Shown here one piece after another: positions 42,398 to 50,183 of a stretch of 64,000 nucleotides of DNA. Each line of letters starts with the position of its first letter. Position 1 is the first letter of the stretch. Under the pieces are notes generated by a model. That model was given only the letters and a program-made list of their open reading frames with translations. It had not been told where the DNA came from and did no database searches. The translations under genes and the position numbers were made by a program. Source of the DNA: a candidate division FCPU426 bacterium. Its GTDB lineage: Bacteria > Oederibacteriota > Muellerivitia > Muellerivitales > Muellerivitaceae. The stretch spans positions 17,796-81,795 of the forward strand of contig CAWHOE010000047.1 in assembly GCA_963830915.1 (NCBI GenBank), in the 5' to 3' direction.

Positions 42398-42672
42398 TCG
42401 ACATCGATTGCAAAGAGGCCAGCAGGCTTTACTCCGAATCCATGCATCACCCTCTGCCCCTTTTAAAATTCATCGCCTTGAAAATGCATTTGATGATCTG
42501 CGACCTTTGCCGAAAATACGTCAGGCAGTTGAAATTCCTTAGGCGTTCCACGCGGTTGTTGCTTTCAGCGGAGGCGGAAAATGGGGCGGATCATTCAAAG
42601 TTCAAACTCTCGGACAAGGCCAAGAGGCGCCTTAAACTGCGCCTTCGCCAAGCCTCGAACGCCCGCGCCTGA
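42394..42672 (+). CDS. zf-HC2 anti-sigma factor
   Basis: C..ASRL and HLMICDLC (HxxxCxxC); ATGA overlap with the sigma gene. Confidence 0.85.
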   Translation: MIDIDCKEASRLYSESMHHPLPLLKFIALKMHLMICDLCRKYVRQLKFLRRSTRLLLSAEAENGADHSKFKLSDKAKRRLKLRLRQASNARA

Positions 42673-43366
42673 CCGGATCATCCATAAGTTCCTTCTCCCT
42701 TTGGGTGCCTGTCTCCTGCTCCTGACCGCGTCCGCCTGCCAGGTAAAAGTCACCTACCCGAACGCCGCCGGGACCCTTTTCATCCGCCAGCAGATCTGCG
42801 ACCTCCACGACTTCAAAACCGGCTTCTTCAAGCGCGAGAATGACCTCAAGGGCCATGGGTTCCTTACCTACAGTTTCTACCGCGACCCCCAGGACCCCAA
42901 GACCTATATCCTGTCCTTTGAATGCTCGGACTTGAAAAAGGCGGCGGATCTCATCGGTTCGTCCAATTTTTATATTTCCTGCGTGGGCGCTGGCCTGGGC
43001 CTGCCGCTGGTCTGGGCCGGGGTGGATTTACCAGAGCCGCCCACCCAGGGCCTCACACCCAAGGCGGGCGGGATCGTGGTGGCCCGTTATAAAGTCAGGG
43101 ATTACGGGGCCTGGAAAAGGGATTGGGACGCGGCGAACGGCGATGGCAAAACCCGCCTGGGGCGCGGTTTCGCGTTCCGCGCCATCAGCCTGCGCCGGGC
43201 GGCTGACGATCCCAATACAGTTATCGTGGTTTACGGAGTTTCGGATGTCCCCCAAGCGCGGGCCAATTGGGAGTCTGACACTGAAAAAAACGCCATGGAT
43301 GCCGCCAGCGTAATGAAGAAGGACCTCTGGTTTGGGACTGATTTAGAAGAAGGACTCATTCAATGA
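42581..43366 (+). CDS. Putative lipoprotein with two ABM/cyclase-like repeats; start uncertain
   Basis: LLLTASAC lipobox; YKVRDYGAWKRDWD..DDPNTVIV and a related first domain. Confidence 0.55.
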   Translation: MGRIIQSSNSRTRPRGALNCAFAKPRTPAPDRIIHKFLLPLGACLLLLTASACQVKVTYPNAAGTLFIRQQICDLHDFKTGFFKRENDLKGHGFLTYSFYRDPQDPKTYILSFECSDLKKAADLIGSSNFYISCVGAGLGLPLVWAGVDLPEPPTQGLTPKAGGIVVARYKVRDYGAWKRDWDAANGDGKTRLGRGFAFRAISLRRAADDPNTVIVVYGVSDVPQARANWESDTEKNAMDAASVMKKDLWFGTDLEEGLIQ

Positions 43367-43367
43367 G

Positions 43368-43389
43368 GGTTAGACATCGGGCCTGACCC
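43368..43389. repeat. Minimal GGGTYAG...CTGACCC hairpin at the island's left edge
   Basis: gggttagac..gcctgaccc; related to the 47993 and 53931 elements. Confidence 0.45.
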
Positions 43390-43410
43390 ATATACCTGGC
43401 CAGGCACCTT

Positions 43411-43941
43411 TTATACCCCTTTATTGCTTCCTATAAATTTAGCTATTACTTTTTTGTTGGCTTCTATAACTTTCTCAAAGGCTGGCATTTTCGAGTTAAA
43501 TATAAAATCGTAGTTAGCATCTTTAGCCTTAAATTGATTCACACCATAAGCGATGCTATTAGCCGGTATATTTTTTGTGATTATCGCGCCTGCCGCCACG
43601 ACAGAATTTTCACCAATTATTATCGGTCCAAATATTTTCGCTCCATCAGCGATGATCACGTTTTTACTGATGATCGGATTACCGATATTTTCCCATTCAT
43701 TGCTCACTTTGTTGAATTTCAGATTTGCCCCAATACTAACATTTTGAAAAATCACGACGTTTTCGCAAATTTTTGAGGCAACGATCGTGCACCCTCGCGC
43801 GTGATGAGCGAACAATACACTTTCGTCTATTTCAGTGCAGTTAATTTCACAGCCATAAAATTTTTCCAGTAAGTTGGCAGCCGCTTGTTTTAGAATTTTA
43901 TGTTTAGAGAAACAATTTATTTTTAATAATCTATCAAACAT
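43411..43941 (-). CDS. Hexapeptide-repeat acetyltransferase (serine acetyltransferase-like)
   Basis: HHARGCTI, ENVVIFQNVSIG, PII..NVIIADGAKIFGPIIIGENSVVAAGAII; AT-rich. Confidence 0.8.
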   Translation of the reverse strand: MFDRLLKINCFSKHKILKQAAANLLEKFYGCEINCTEIDESVLFAHHARGCTIVASKICENVVIFQNVSIGANLKFNKVSNEWENIGNPIISKNVIIADGAKIFGPIIIGENSVVAAGAIITKNIPANSIAYGVNQFKAKDANYDFIFNSKMPAFEKVIEANKKVIAKFIGSNKGV

Positions 43942-44049
43942 ATTTATAACAATCCTTTCTATGAAGCTCTTTTGGGTTTAGGTCAAATAAACACTTACTC
44001 AGCCCTTGCCGCCGAAATATCTCAAGTTTAAATGGGGTTTTCATAATCC

Positions 44050-44101
44050 GATGCGGGGCCCCGTCGTGAACAATTTTTTTCTCTTTTTTTATGACCTCAG
44101 C
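44050..44101. repeat. Degenerate TGTCCACGA-family cassette site
   Basis: gatgcggggccccgtcgtgaacaa, and acctcag abutting the stop codon at 44102, as in the 45259 and 46205 copies. Confidence 0.6.
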
Positions 44102-45226
44102 TTAATTCTTCAACAAATCCTTCAATAGGTTTATTTTTCTTAAAATAATATTGTTTGGTAATCGAACATGACGTGGTTTATTAAGATTATTCGTGATTTT
44201 GTATTCTGTCATATCACTGTCCGCCATTTCGTAATACTTTAGTGCGGTTTTGAAATCATTCTTCAGGTAATAATAATCACCAAGATAGGAATGAAACCGA
44301 TACTTAGCCGAACGATCTTCAGGGAGCCATTTCCTTAATTCTTCCAGTCCCGCCGACTCATTACCCGTTTCTAAATAAGCGTAGCTTCTAAAAAGGCCCG
44401 TCAAATAAATTAACCCAGAAACATCATCAGGATTTTTAGCGATTTTTTTGTTTAAGCTCCAAATCCGGTCATAAAGCTTGATTCCCTCTTGTACCCTGCC
44501 GGCATAGATGAAAGGCATGAGCCCTTTGGAACAAATTTGAATTGTAATCTCCGGGTTACCTTTCTTTCTGTTTATAAACTTCAATGTATTCTCTATGGAG
44601 TCCTGATAAATTTCTGGATATTTGTAATTACTGGGAACCATCAAGCCCTTTTGATAAGTGTAAATATCCGGGCCTTCATCTCCATAACTTCCTACGGGGA
44701 CCAATAGAGCATTCACGCCATCCTTCATGGTTTTCACTTGGGCGGATTGAATATTGACGCTTTCGATTTCCTGGAATGTTTTCCCATCCCAACGGTAAAC
44801 ATACGTATTGGCCCCAGTCGCCCCATAGACGCAATTTAATATAAGAAATGATTGTTTCGGGTTTTCTGGGTCCAGCGGCGAGGCCTCAATTCTAATCTTG
44901 TAAATATCTGGATAACGAAAACATCCGATTGTTTCGGGTTTACTCGTAGATTTCATCCGTTTAAGGGTAAGGCTCGTATATTCGGCGCCTTGCTGAGTCC
45001 AATGAGTGACGGTTTCCGTTTTTATATTTACTAAATTTCCATCCCCCAGAAGATCCAAATCAATTGAATTGTTAATTACTTGTAGCTTTTCTTTATCATT
45101 TTCTTGGATAGTTGGACTTTGGGATGGGAAACTGGACGATGGTTTTGGGTCTGTTGAATCGGCGGAAACAATACCAACAATAAGGCAAATGACCAATGCC
45201 CAAATATATTTTTGGAAAAATATCAT
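44102..45226 (-). CDS. AT-rich exported hypothetical protein with C-terminal TPR-like helices
   Basis: Signal peptide WALVICLIVGIVSA; DLDLLGDG; YLGDYYY..ALKYY. Confidence 0.65.
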   Translation of the reverse strand: MIFFQKYIWALVICLIVGIVSADSTDPKPSSSFPSQSPTIQENDKEKLQVINNSIDLDLLGDGNLVNIKTETVTHWTQQGAEYTSLTLKRMKSTSKPETIGCFRYPDIYKIRIEASPLDPENPKQSFLILNCVYGATGANTYVYRWDGKTFQEIESVNIQSAQVKTMKDGVNALLVPVGSYGDEGPDIYTYQKGLMVPSNYKYPEIYQDSIENTLKFINRKKGNPEITIQICSKGLMPFIYAGRVQEGIKLYDRIWSLNKKIAKNPDDVSGLIYLTGLFRSYAYLETGNESAGLEELRKWLPEDRSAKYRFHSYLGDYYYLKNDFKTALKYYEMADSDMTEYKITNNLNKPRHVRLPNNIILRKINLLKDLLKN

Positions 45227-45258
45227 TCTAGTAACTTTCCATTCAATACCGTTTCCAT

Positions 45259-45286
45259 TGTCCACGATGGGTCCCTGTCGTGGACA
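45259..45286. repeat. TGTCCACGA-n10-TCGTGGACA palindromic site
   Basis: Identical to 46205-46232. Confidence 0.9.
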
Positions 45287-45300
45287 TCTAAAACCTCAGA

Positions 45301-45413
45301 TTAAAGCCCCAACTTTTTTAGAAGTTGGGCCGTGGTGTACCACTCAATGCCGGTTCCTTCAAAATCCCCGTCATTTGATCAAATGGGCATTTCCAACTCC
45401 AGAGCCAAAGCCA
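45301..45413 (-). pseudogene. 3' remnant of a PIN toxin gene (copy of 46246-46358)
   Basis: Near-identical DNA with a TGG>TGA stop. Confidence 0.85.
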
Positions 45414-45452
45414 TAGGAAAAAGTCCGTCTCTCGGACTTTTTCAACATCCTG

Positions 45453-45869
45453 TTAAAAGGGATTTTTAACCGTGAGGTCACCGAACTTCCTTCCGGCCTG
45501 AAAGTCCTCCGTCAACAATAGCCGGGCTCCACTCCTTTGGGCTGAAACGACAATCAGGGCGTCCCAAAAGGAGATCTTGGCCCGTTCCTCCAGTTGTGCC
45601 GCCTCAGCCACCATTCCCCCATGAATGCTCACCGTATCCCAGGAAAGATATTGGGAAATCAATTCCAAGCCCCGCTTTTTGGTCAGGGGCTTCGGGATTT
45701 TGCGGGTCACATTGACATAAAATTCCTCCAACACCTGGGCGCTCAAGACCCCACCATTGTTCTCCCATAGTTCAACCACCGCTTTACGGGCCTTTTGGTG
45801 CTTCTCCCCCGCATCCCGGTCATAAGCGTAGAGCAGGATGTTCGTGTCCACAAATGTCTTAACGCTCAT
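45453..45869 (-). CDS. PIN/VapC toxin
   Basis: FVDTNILLYA, SAQVLEEF, SFWDALIV, LLTEDF. Confidence 0.92.
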   Translation of the reverse strand: MSVKTFVDTNILLYAYDRDAGEKHQKARKAVVELWENNGGVLSAQVLEEFYVNVTRKIPKPLTKKRGLELISQYLSWDTVSIHGGMVAEAAQLEERAKISFWDALIVVSAQRSGARLLLTEDFQAGRKFGDLTVKNPF

Positions 45870-46089
45870 GAAGGCTTTCCCGAGAGCTGCGCTTACCGCC
45901 GAAAGCTAGCCCTTTTTCCATCGCCTCAAGCGCTTTCACCTTGGATTCCTGGTAAAACTGTTCCTCCGCTGCCATCTTTTGGATATAAGCCGCCAATAAA
46001 CCCGTTATGGAGGTTTCATGATGGGCGGCTAGTATCTTTGCCTTCTTGATGAGGTCTTTGTCCAGGCTCAAGGTTAAGTTTTGTTTCAC
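45859..46089 (-). CDS. RHH/CopG-like antitoxin
   Basis: NLTLSLDKDLIKKAKILA..SITGLL; C-terminal SRESLHER; overlaps the toxin. Confidence 0.85.
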   Translation of the reverse strand: MKQNLTLSLDKDLIKKAKILAAHHETSITGLLAAYIQKMAAEEQFYQESKVKALEAMEKGLAFGGKRSSRESLHER

Positions 46090-46204
46090 GGGAGACTCCT
46101 TTGCACGTAATTATGTGTATCACGTGAAAGAACTTTTATCAAGTTCAAACAGACGGGTTTATCCGCTTTCCCAGGAAGTCTGTGGATGTTTAAGAAAATC
46201 TGCC

Positions 46205-46232
46205 TGTCCACGATGGGTCCCTGTCGTGGACA
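46205..46232. repeat. TGTCCACGA-n10-TCGTGGACA palindromic site
   Basis: 13 nt from the PIN stop codon; identical to the 45259 copy. Confidence 0.9.
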
Positions 46233-46245
46233 TCAAAACCTCAGA

Positions 46246-46677
46246 TTAAAGCCCCAACTTTTTAAGAAGTTGGGCCGTGGTGTACCACTCAATGCCGGTT
46301 CCTTCAAAATCCCCGTCGTTTGACCAAATGGGTATTTCCAGCTCCAGAGCCAAAGCCAGCAGATCGACATCATCCGGGTCTCTTTTACCGATTTTTTTCC
46401 GAGCCATTGCGAGCGAGCCCTGATAATCCTTCAAGCCGTACTCCTTGATGGCTAATAATTGAAATTGGCTTTCCAAGAGTTCCGCGGCTATACCATATTT
46501 CTCTGCCATGATCGGCAAGTATTCCCGAACTTCGTGGATATTCAAGGTTGTGGATACGACTTCAAGGTGGGATTGGGTGAAAACTTTGAGGGCAGCCCTG
46601 CCGGTTACAGCGGAAAGGAGGACGTTAGCGTCCGCGGCGATCCGACCGGCGGCTTTTTCTCCATGTTTCAAAGTCAT
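46246..46677 (-). CDS. PIN domain toxin
   Basis: DANVLLSA, RDPDDVDLLALAL, IWSNDGDF. Confidence 0.9.
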   Translation of the reverse strand: MTLKHGEKAAGRIAADANVLLSAVTGRAALKVFTQSHLEVVSTTLNIHEVREYLPIMAEKYGIAAELLESQFQLLAIKEYGLKDYQGSLAMARKKIGKRDPDDVDLLALALELEIPIWSNDGDFEGTGIEWYTTAQLLKKLGL

Positions 46678-46903
46678 GTGTGACCGTCCGCTCAGTGACG
46701 CCTGATTTTTTAAGATGATCCGAAATGGCAAGGCCCAAGTTCATTAAAAGCTCTTTCCGCAATTCCAAAGGTAGTTCCTGTGATTTGGACATTGGAACCA
46801 AAAGGCTGGCAACCTTCCCGTGTTTGGTCACAAACACGAGATCATCGCCGCTCAGAAACTCCGGCGCGTGATCCCTAAATTCCCTTACCCCCGCGACTCG
46901 CAT
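46625..46903 (-). CDS. Phd/YefM-like antitoxin
   Basis: GVREFRDH..FL..VFVTKHGKVASLLVP. Confidence 0.85.
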   Translation of the reverse strand: MRVAGVREFRDHAPEFLSGDDLVFVTKHGKVASLLVPMSKSQELPLELRKELLMNLGLAISDHLKKSGVTERTVTHDFETWRKSRRSDRRGR

Positions 46904-46944
46904 AAAACCACCTTCCCGCGACCGTTGATACTTTCTACCCCTTC

Positions 46945-46972
46945 AATATAGGATTTCATAAAATTATGTCAA
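46945..46972 (-). promoter_or_regulatory. Sigma70 promoter of the TA pair
   Basis: TTGACA-16 nt-TATATT, with repeated aattatgt motifs around the -35. Confidence 0.55.
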
Positions 46973-46999
46973 CAATTATGTACACAATATACATTTTCC

Positions 47000-47092
47000 T
47001 TTGTCCACGACGGCGGTGCCCTAAAGTAGACCCTATAGCAGAACCTATCGGCACGCTATAGGGTCTGCTACTGGGATCCCATCGTGGACAAA
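47000..47092. repeat. Extended TGTCCACGA site with a nested GACCCTATAGC hairpin
   Basis: Outer arms tttgtccacga/tcgtggacaaa; inner arms agaccctatagc (47028) and gctatagggtct (47055). Confidence 0.9.
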
Positions 47093-47128
47093 CCATTACG
47101 ATAATTTATGGTTTTCGCCAGATCCCCC

Positions 47129-47172
47129 GATTACTCAGTCATTGAGTATTTTTACTCAGTCACTGAGTAATC
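47129..47172. repeat. Two tandem operator-like palindromes TACTCAGTCAYTGAGTA
   Basis: Copies 21 bp apart. Confidence 0.8.
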
Positions 47173-47239
47173 CGTAATAACCTTTTTCCGCTCCAAAAAG
47201 CCCATTTCCGAAGGTTCATTCAAATATCTCATCGATCAA

Positions 47240-47310
47240 GGGATCATGGTGGCGCGTTACAAAGTCAGGGATTACGGGGCCTGGAAAAGGGATTGGGACG
47301 CGGCAAACGG
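47240..47310 (+). repeat. 71-bp copy of an internal part of the 42581-43366 gene
   Basis: Matches 43070-43140 with 4 mismatches. Confidence 0.9.
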
Positions 47311-47351
47311 AAAAGAAAAAGCAAAACACAGAAGCAATTCCAACAAAGATC

Positions 47352-47702
47352 TTAAACCTGAATGATAGTTTTCAAGACTTGTTGGAGAGTTTTCTGGTCG
47401 CCGACATGAAGGCAGCCCATTTTCTAGATAACCAAACTTTTCTCAATAGTGGCCAAAATTGGTTTGAAAACAGAAGGTTTCAAAAGACCCGTCCCCTTCC
47501 AGTTGGAAAGGCTCGTTCCCCCGAAGGCGTGGGTGGTACTTGGTTGACTGGTGAGGGCCAGGATGATCAGGTCCGGACGGGAACGATTATAGGGGTTAGA
47601 ACTGACAACAACCGCGGGGCGTTTCTTCACGGCGGTTTGGTTGGAGAATGGAAAAGGGACTAAAACCACATCCCCGAAGTCAAAGCTTGTCGTAGATGGC
47701 AT
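47352..47702 (-). pseudogene. PemK/MazF family toxin, apparently truncated
   Basis: GDVVLVPFPFS..KKRPAVVVS..ILALTS; premature TAG at 47424-47426 and an apparent further frameshift before the likely end. Confidence 0.7.
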
Positions 47703-47892
47703 CTTCGGGGTTATCCCAGACCTTGGCGAATGACTTTTCAGAGAGTTTGGAAGCCGCCCTGGTCAATGGTCTGTCTGTTCCCTTCTGGCCCAAAAATTCA
47801 ACGAAATCCTCTACTTCGTTTATTTTCTCGGCCGGCAGGGCTTCGATTTTCTTGATGAGTGTTAAGACGTTTTTCCTGTTCATGAAAACCAT
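47680..47892 (-). CDS. DUF2281-like antitoxin
   Basis: IEALPAEKINEVEDFVEFL; SFAKVWDNPEDAIYDKL. Confidence 0.8.
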   Translation of the reverse strand: MVFMNRKNVLTLIKKIEALPAEKINEVEDFVEFLGQKGTDRPLTRAASKLSEKSFAKVWDNPEDAIYDKL

Positions 47893-47992
47893 TATACCTT
47901 TCCTTTAGATTTTATAAAGTCGCAAAACCTAATAGTCAATTATCCATAAGAAACCAAAAGGTTATATGAATGAACCCAGGGTCAGTTAACCC

Positions 47993-48142
47993 GGGGTCAG
48001 GCCTGAAAATGAAGTGCAACCTGTTTGGTGCCTTGTGCCAATCAACCATTAATGTTGGCTGTGTCTCTGTGCCTCTGTGGTGAAATGGAAAATTAATGAG
48101 CTACCAACCAAAATTTCATTTTACAGGCCCGACCCCCACACA
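47993..48142. mobile_element. MITE/REP-like element with GGGGTCAGGCCTGAAAATG inverted ends, carrying an internal insertion
   Basis: Inverted ends at 47993-48013 and 48115-48136; right part aligns with 53941-54002. Confidence 0.65.
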
Positions 48143-48146
48143 CTCA

Positions 48147-48281
48147 TGACGGTCGGCAGCTAACAGTCGACAAGTGACAGCTCACAGCTGACAGCTGACG
48201 GTCGGCAGCTCACTAACGGCAGCTGGCAGTCGACAGCTAACAGGCGACAGGCCCCAGTTAACAGTCGACAGCTCACAGCTA
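48147..48281. repeat. Degenerate heptamer tandem array (YRACAGY)
   Basis: tgacggt cggcagc taacagt cgacaag tgacagc tcacagc... Confidence 0.9.
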
Positions 48282-48451
48282 GTAATAAGGCGTACACCCC
48301 CTACCCTTCCTAGTTTCGGGTTGGAGGTCGTGGGAAGGGCCTAGAGGACTCAAAGTTGTCATGGACATTAGTATTTTCTCAGAATCTGAACACTTTGCCC
48401 CGAGTCGGGGCAAGAAATCCCTCAGCACAGGTGCCCAGCGGCTGGGCAAAA

Positions 48452-48690
48452 TGCCAGTGGGAGTCAGGCCAAATGCTAACGGCCAAACCCTTAATACCAG
48501 TGGGCGTGCCAGTAGAGATGCCATTGGACGGCTCAAAATGCCAGTGGGAATGCCAGTGGACAACCCCAAATGCCAGTGGGGGTCAGACAAAATTCCAATG
48601 GCCAAACCCTAAATGCCAGTGGGCATGCCAGTGGAGATGCCATTGGACGGCTCAAAATGCCAGTGGGAATGCCAGTGGACGTGCCAGTGG
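48452..48690. repeat. TGCCAGTGG array (about 15 copies)
   Basis: Spacings of 12 or 20-22 bp; 119-bp higher-order duplication. Confidence 0.9.
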
Positions 48691-48900
48691 TGGCACGATG
48701 GCACGATAGGTTTCTGGTGGCACAATGTCATCGATGACCATGGTTTGTCCCCAGAAATTCTAGGGTTGTCCCCAGTTTTTCGATGTTTTGTCCCCAGAAA
48801 TCCGGTTTTGTCCCCGGTTTTCCCTATTGTGCCACTGGCACAATAGCGTGGCACGATAGGCGTCCGGTGGCACGATGCCGGTGATGGCACGATGGCACGA
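48691..48900. repeat. TGGCACRA array interrupted by four TTGTCCCC repeats
   Basis: TTGTCCCC at 48745, 48766, 48788, 48808; TGGCACRA on both sides. Confidence 0.9.
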
Positions 48901-48980
48901 TCCCCCTTCGCCTTTCGTCGCTATCGCTAGGCTACGAAGGGCAGGCCGCTAGGCTTCGGGAACATGTAAGCATCGGATTT

Positions 48981-49198
48981 GTTTACTGGAAAACTCCGGG
49001 TTTACTGGATTTAGCCGGTTTGTTCACTGGAAACGGGTCCTGTTTACTGGATTTGCTCGAAGAGTTTACTGGAAATCCGCTACTGTTTACTGGGAACACC
49101 GGGTGTGTTTACTGGAAAACACCGGAGTTTACTGGATTTGCTCGGAGAGTTTACTGGAAACGGGTCCTGTTTACTGGATTTGTGGGGGAGTTTACGGA
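48981..49198. repeat. Iteron-like GTTTACTGG array (11 copies)
   Basis: Starts 19-22 bp apart. Confidence 0.92.
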
Positions 49199-49221
49199 GT
49201 TTCCGACAATCCCCCCTTTTG

Positions 49222-49471
49222 ACTTGCCAATTTCGTTACTCGGAGTAACAAAGTAATCGGCCACTTGCCAATTAATGTCATCGGTGACCGGCGCATTTAC
49301 CGGCACTTGCCAATTTTTATTACCCGGTAATATTTTGGGTATGGGTGGGGGGGTTAGGCATCAGAAATTACCACGCCGTGATAATTCAGACCCCTTAATT
49401 TATAACGGCGTTATAAACCAGGGGCTTGGGGGAGGGGGGGTACCCCCCTGGTTTTATCACACTGTAATAAA
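49222..49471. repeat. ACTTGCCAATT x3 and TTAYMAC-n3-GTDATAA palindromes x3
   Basis: Direct repeats at 49222, 49263, 49305; palindromes at about 49366, 49399, 49453. Confidence 0.85.
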
Positions 49472-49626
49472 TCTGGGGCCGGGCTGAGGGGAGGCTTGGT
49501 AAAAGGCTTATTTTGGACCCTTCGACGCGGCTCAGGGCAAGAGTCTTACGTATGGCTGAGGTTGTCATGCCGACCTTCCCATAAATCCATTAAAGAGGTC
49601 GGCACTGTGGTGAAAGTTGGTTTATT

Positions 49627-50093
49627 TCACTTAACTTCTTTCAGGTTAGGGTCTTGGGTACCGTATTGGGAACCGCTCAGGTCCACATCCTCCGAGGGGT
49701 CTTGTTTGTAGAGCCTGTAACAGGTGGCGCGGCCGGTATAAACAAAGAACCCGAACTCGGTCTTGACCGTGTTCACCTCATCGAAAATGACCGCGTTGGC
49801 CCCGTATTCCGCCGCCTTCGCCTGGAACTCACTGATCAGTTTCTTGTCCGACCATTCGCATCTCTGGGGCGGCAGGAGCGTGCAGACTTGGACCCATTGG
49901 AGGTCCGGGGGGAAGGCTTCCTTCGAGAGGAAGAAATAGACCTCGCTGGTTTCAAGGGGGGATAGCTGGCTTCCCCATTGAGCTTTTGGGCCACCGCCGG
50001 CCAGTCATAGAGGGTCACGGCGCAACCGGCCAAACCCAGCGTCAGGCCGGCACAACAAATGAGCCCGAATAGGTTTCCAGAACGAGACGCCAT
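49627..50093 (-). CDS. Putative lipoprotein; single-base frameshift near 49946
   Basis: LGLAGC lipobox; continues in another frame as EVYFFLSKEAFP..FQAKAAEYGANAVIF. Confidence 0.65.
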
Positions 50094-50183
50094 TTTTATT
50101 CCGCTTTCTTTTTTCGGGTGATCGACCGGACCATCGCGATCACTTCATTCGATCAAAATTTCATTTTTCAGGCCCGGCCCCGA

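Noticed and set aside
44050..47092. Canonical integron attC array
   Set aside because: No RYYYAAC/GTTRRRY boxes and no intI in the window; reported as a non-canonical site instead.
43070..47310. DGR template/variable repeat pair
   Set aside because: No reverse transcriptase, and two of the four mismatches do not involve adenine on the coding strand.
48452..49315. CRISPR array
   Set aside because: Repeat cores are only 8-11 bp, spacers are mostly short and reused, and no cas genes are present.
48279..49711. Short ORFs across the repeat mosaic
   Set aside because: They overlap on both strands, lack convincing RBS or family motifs, and the repeat spacing breaks frame.
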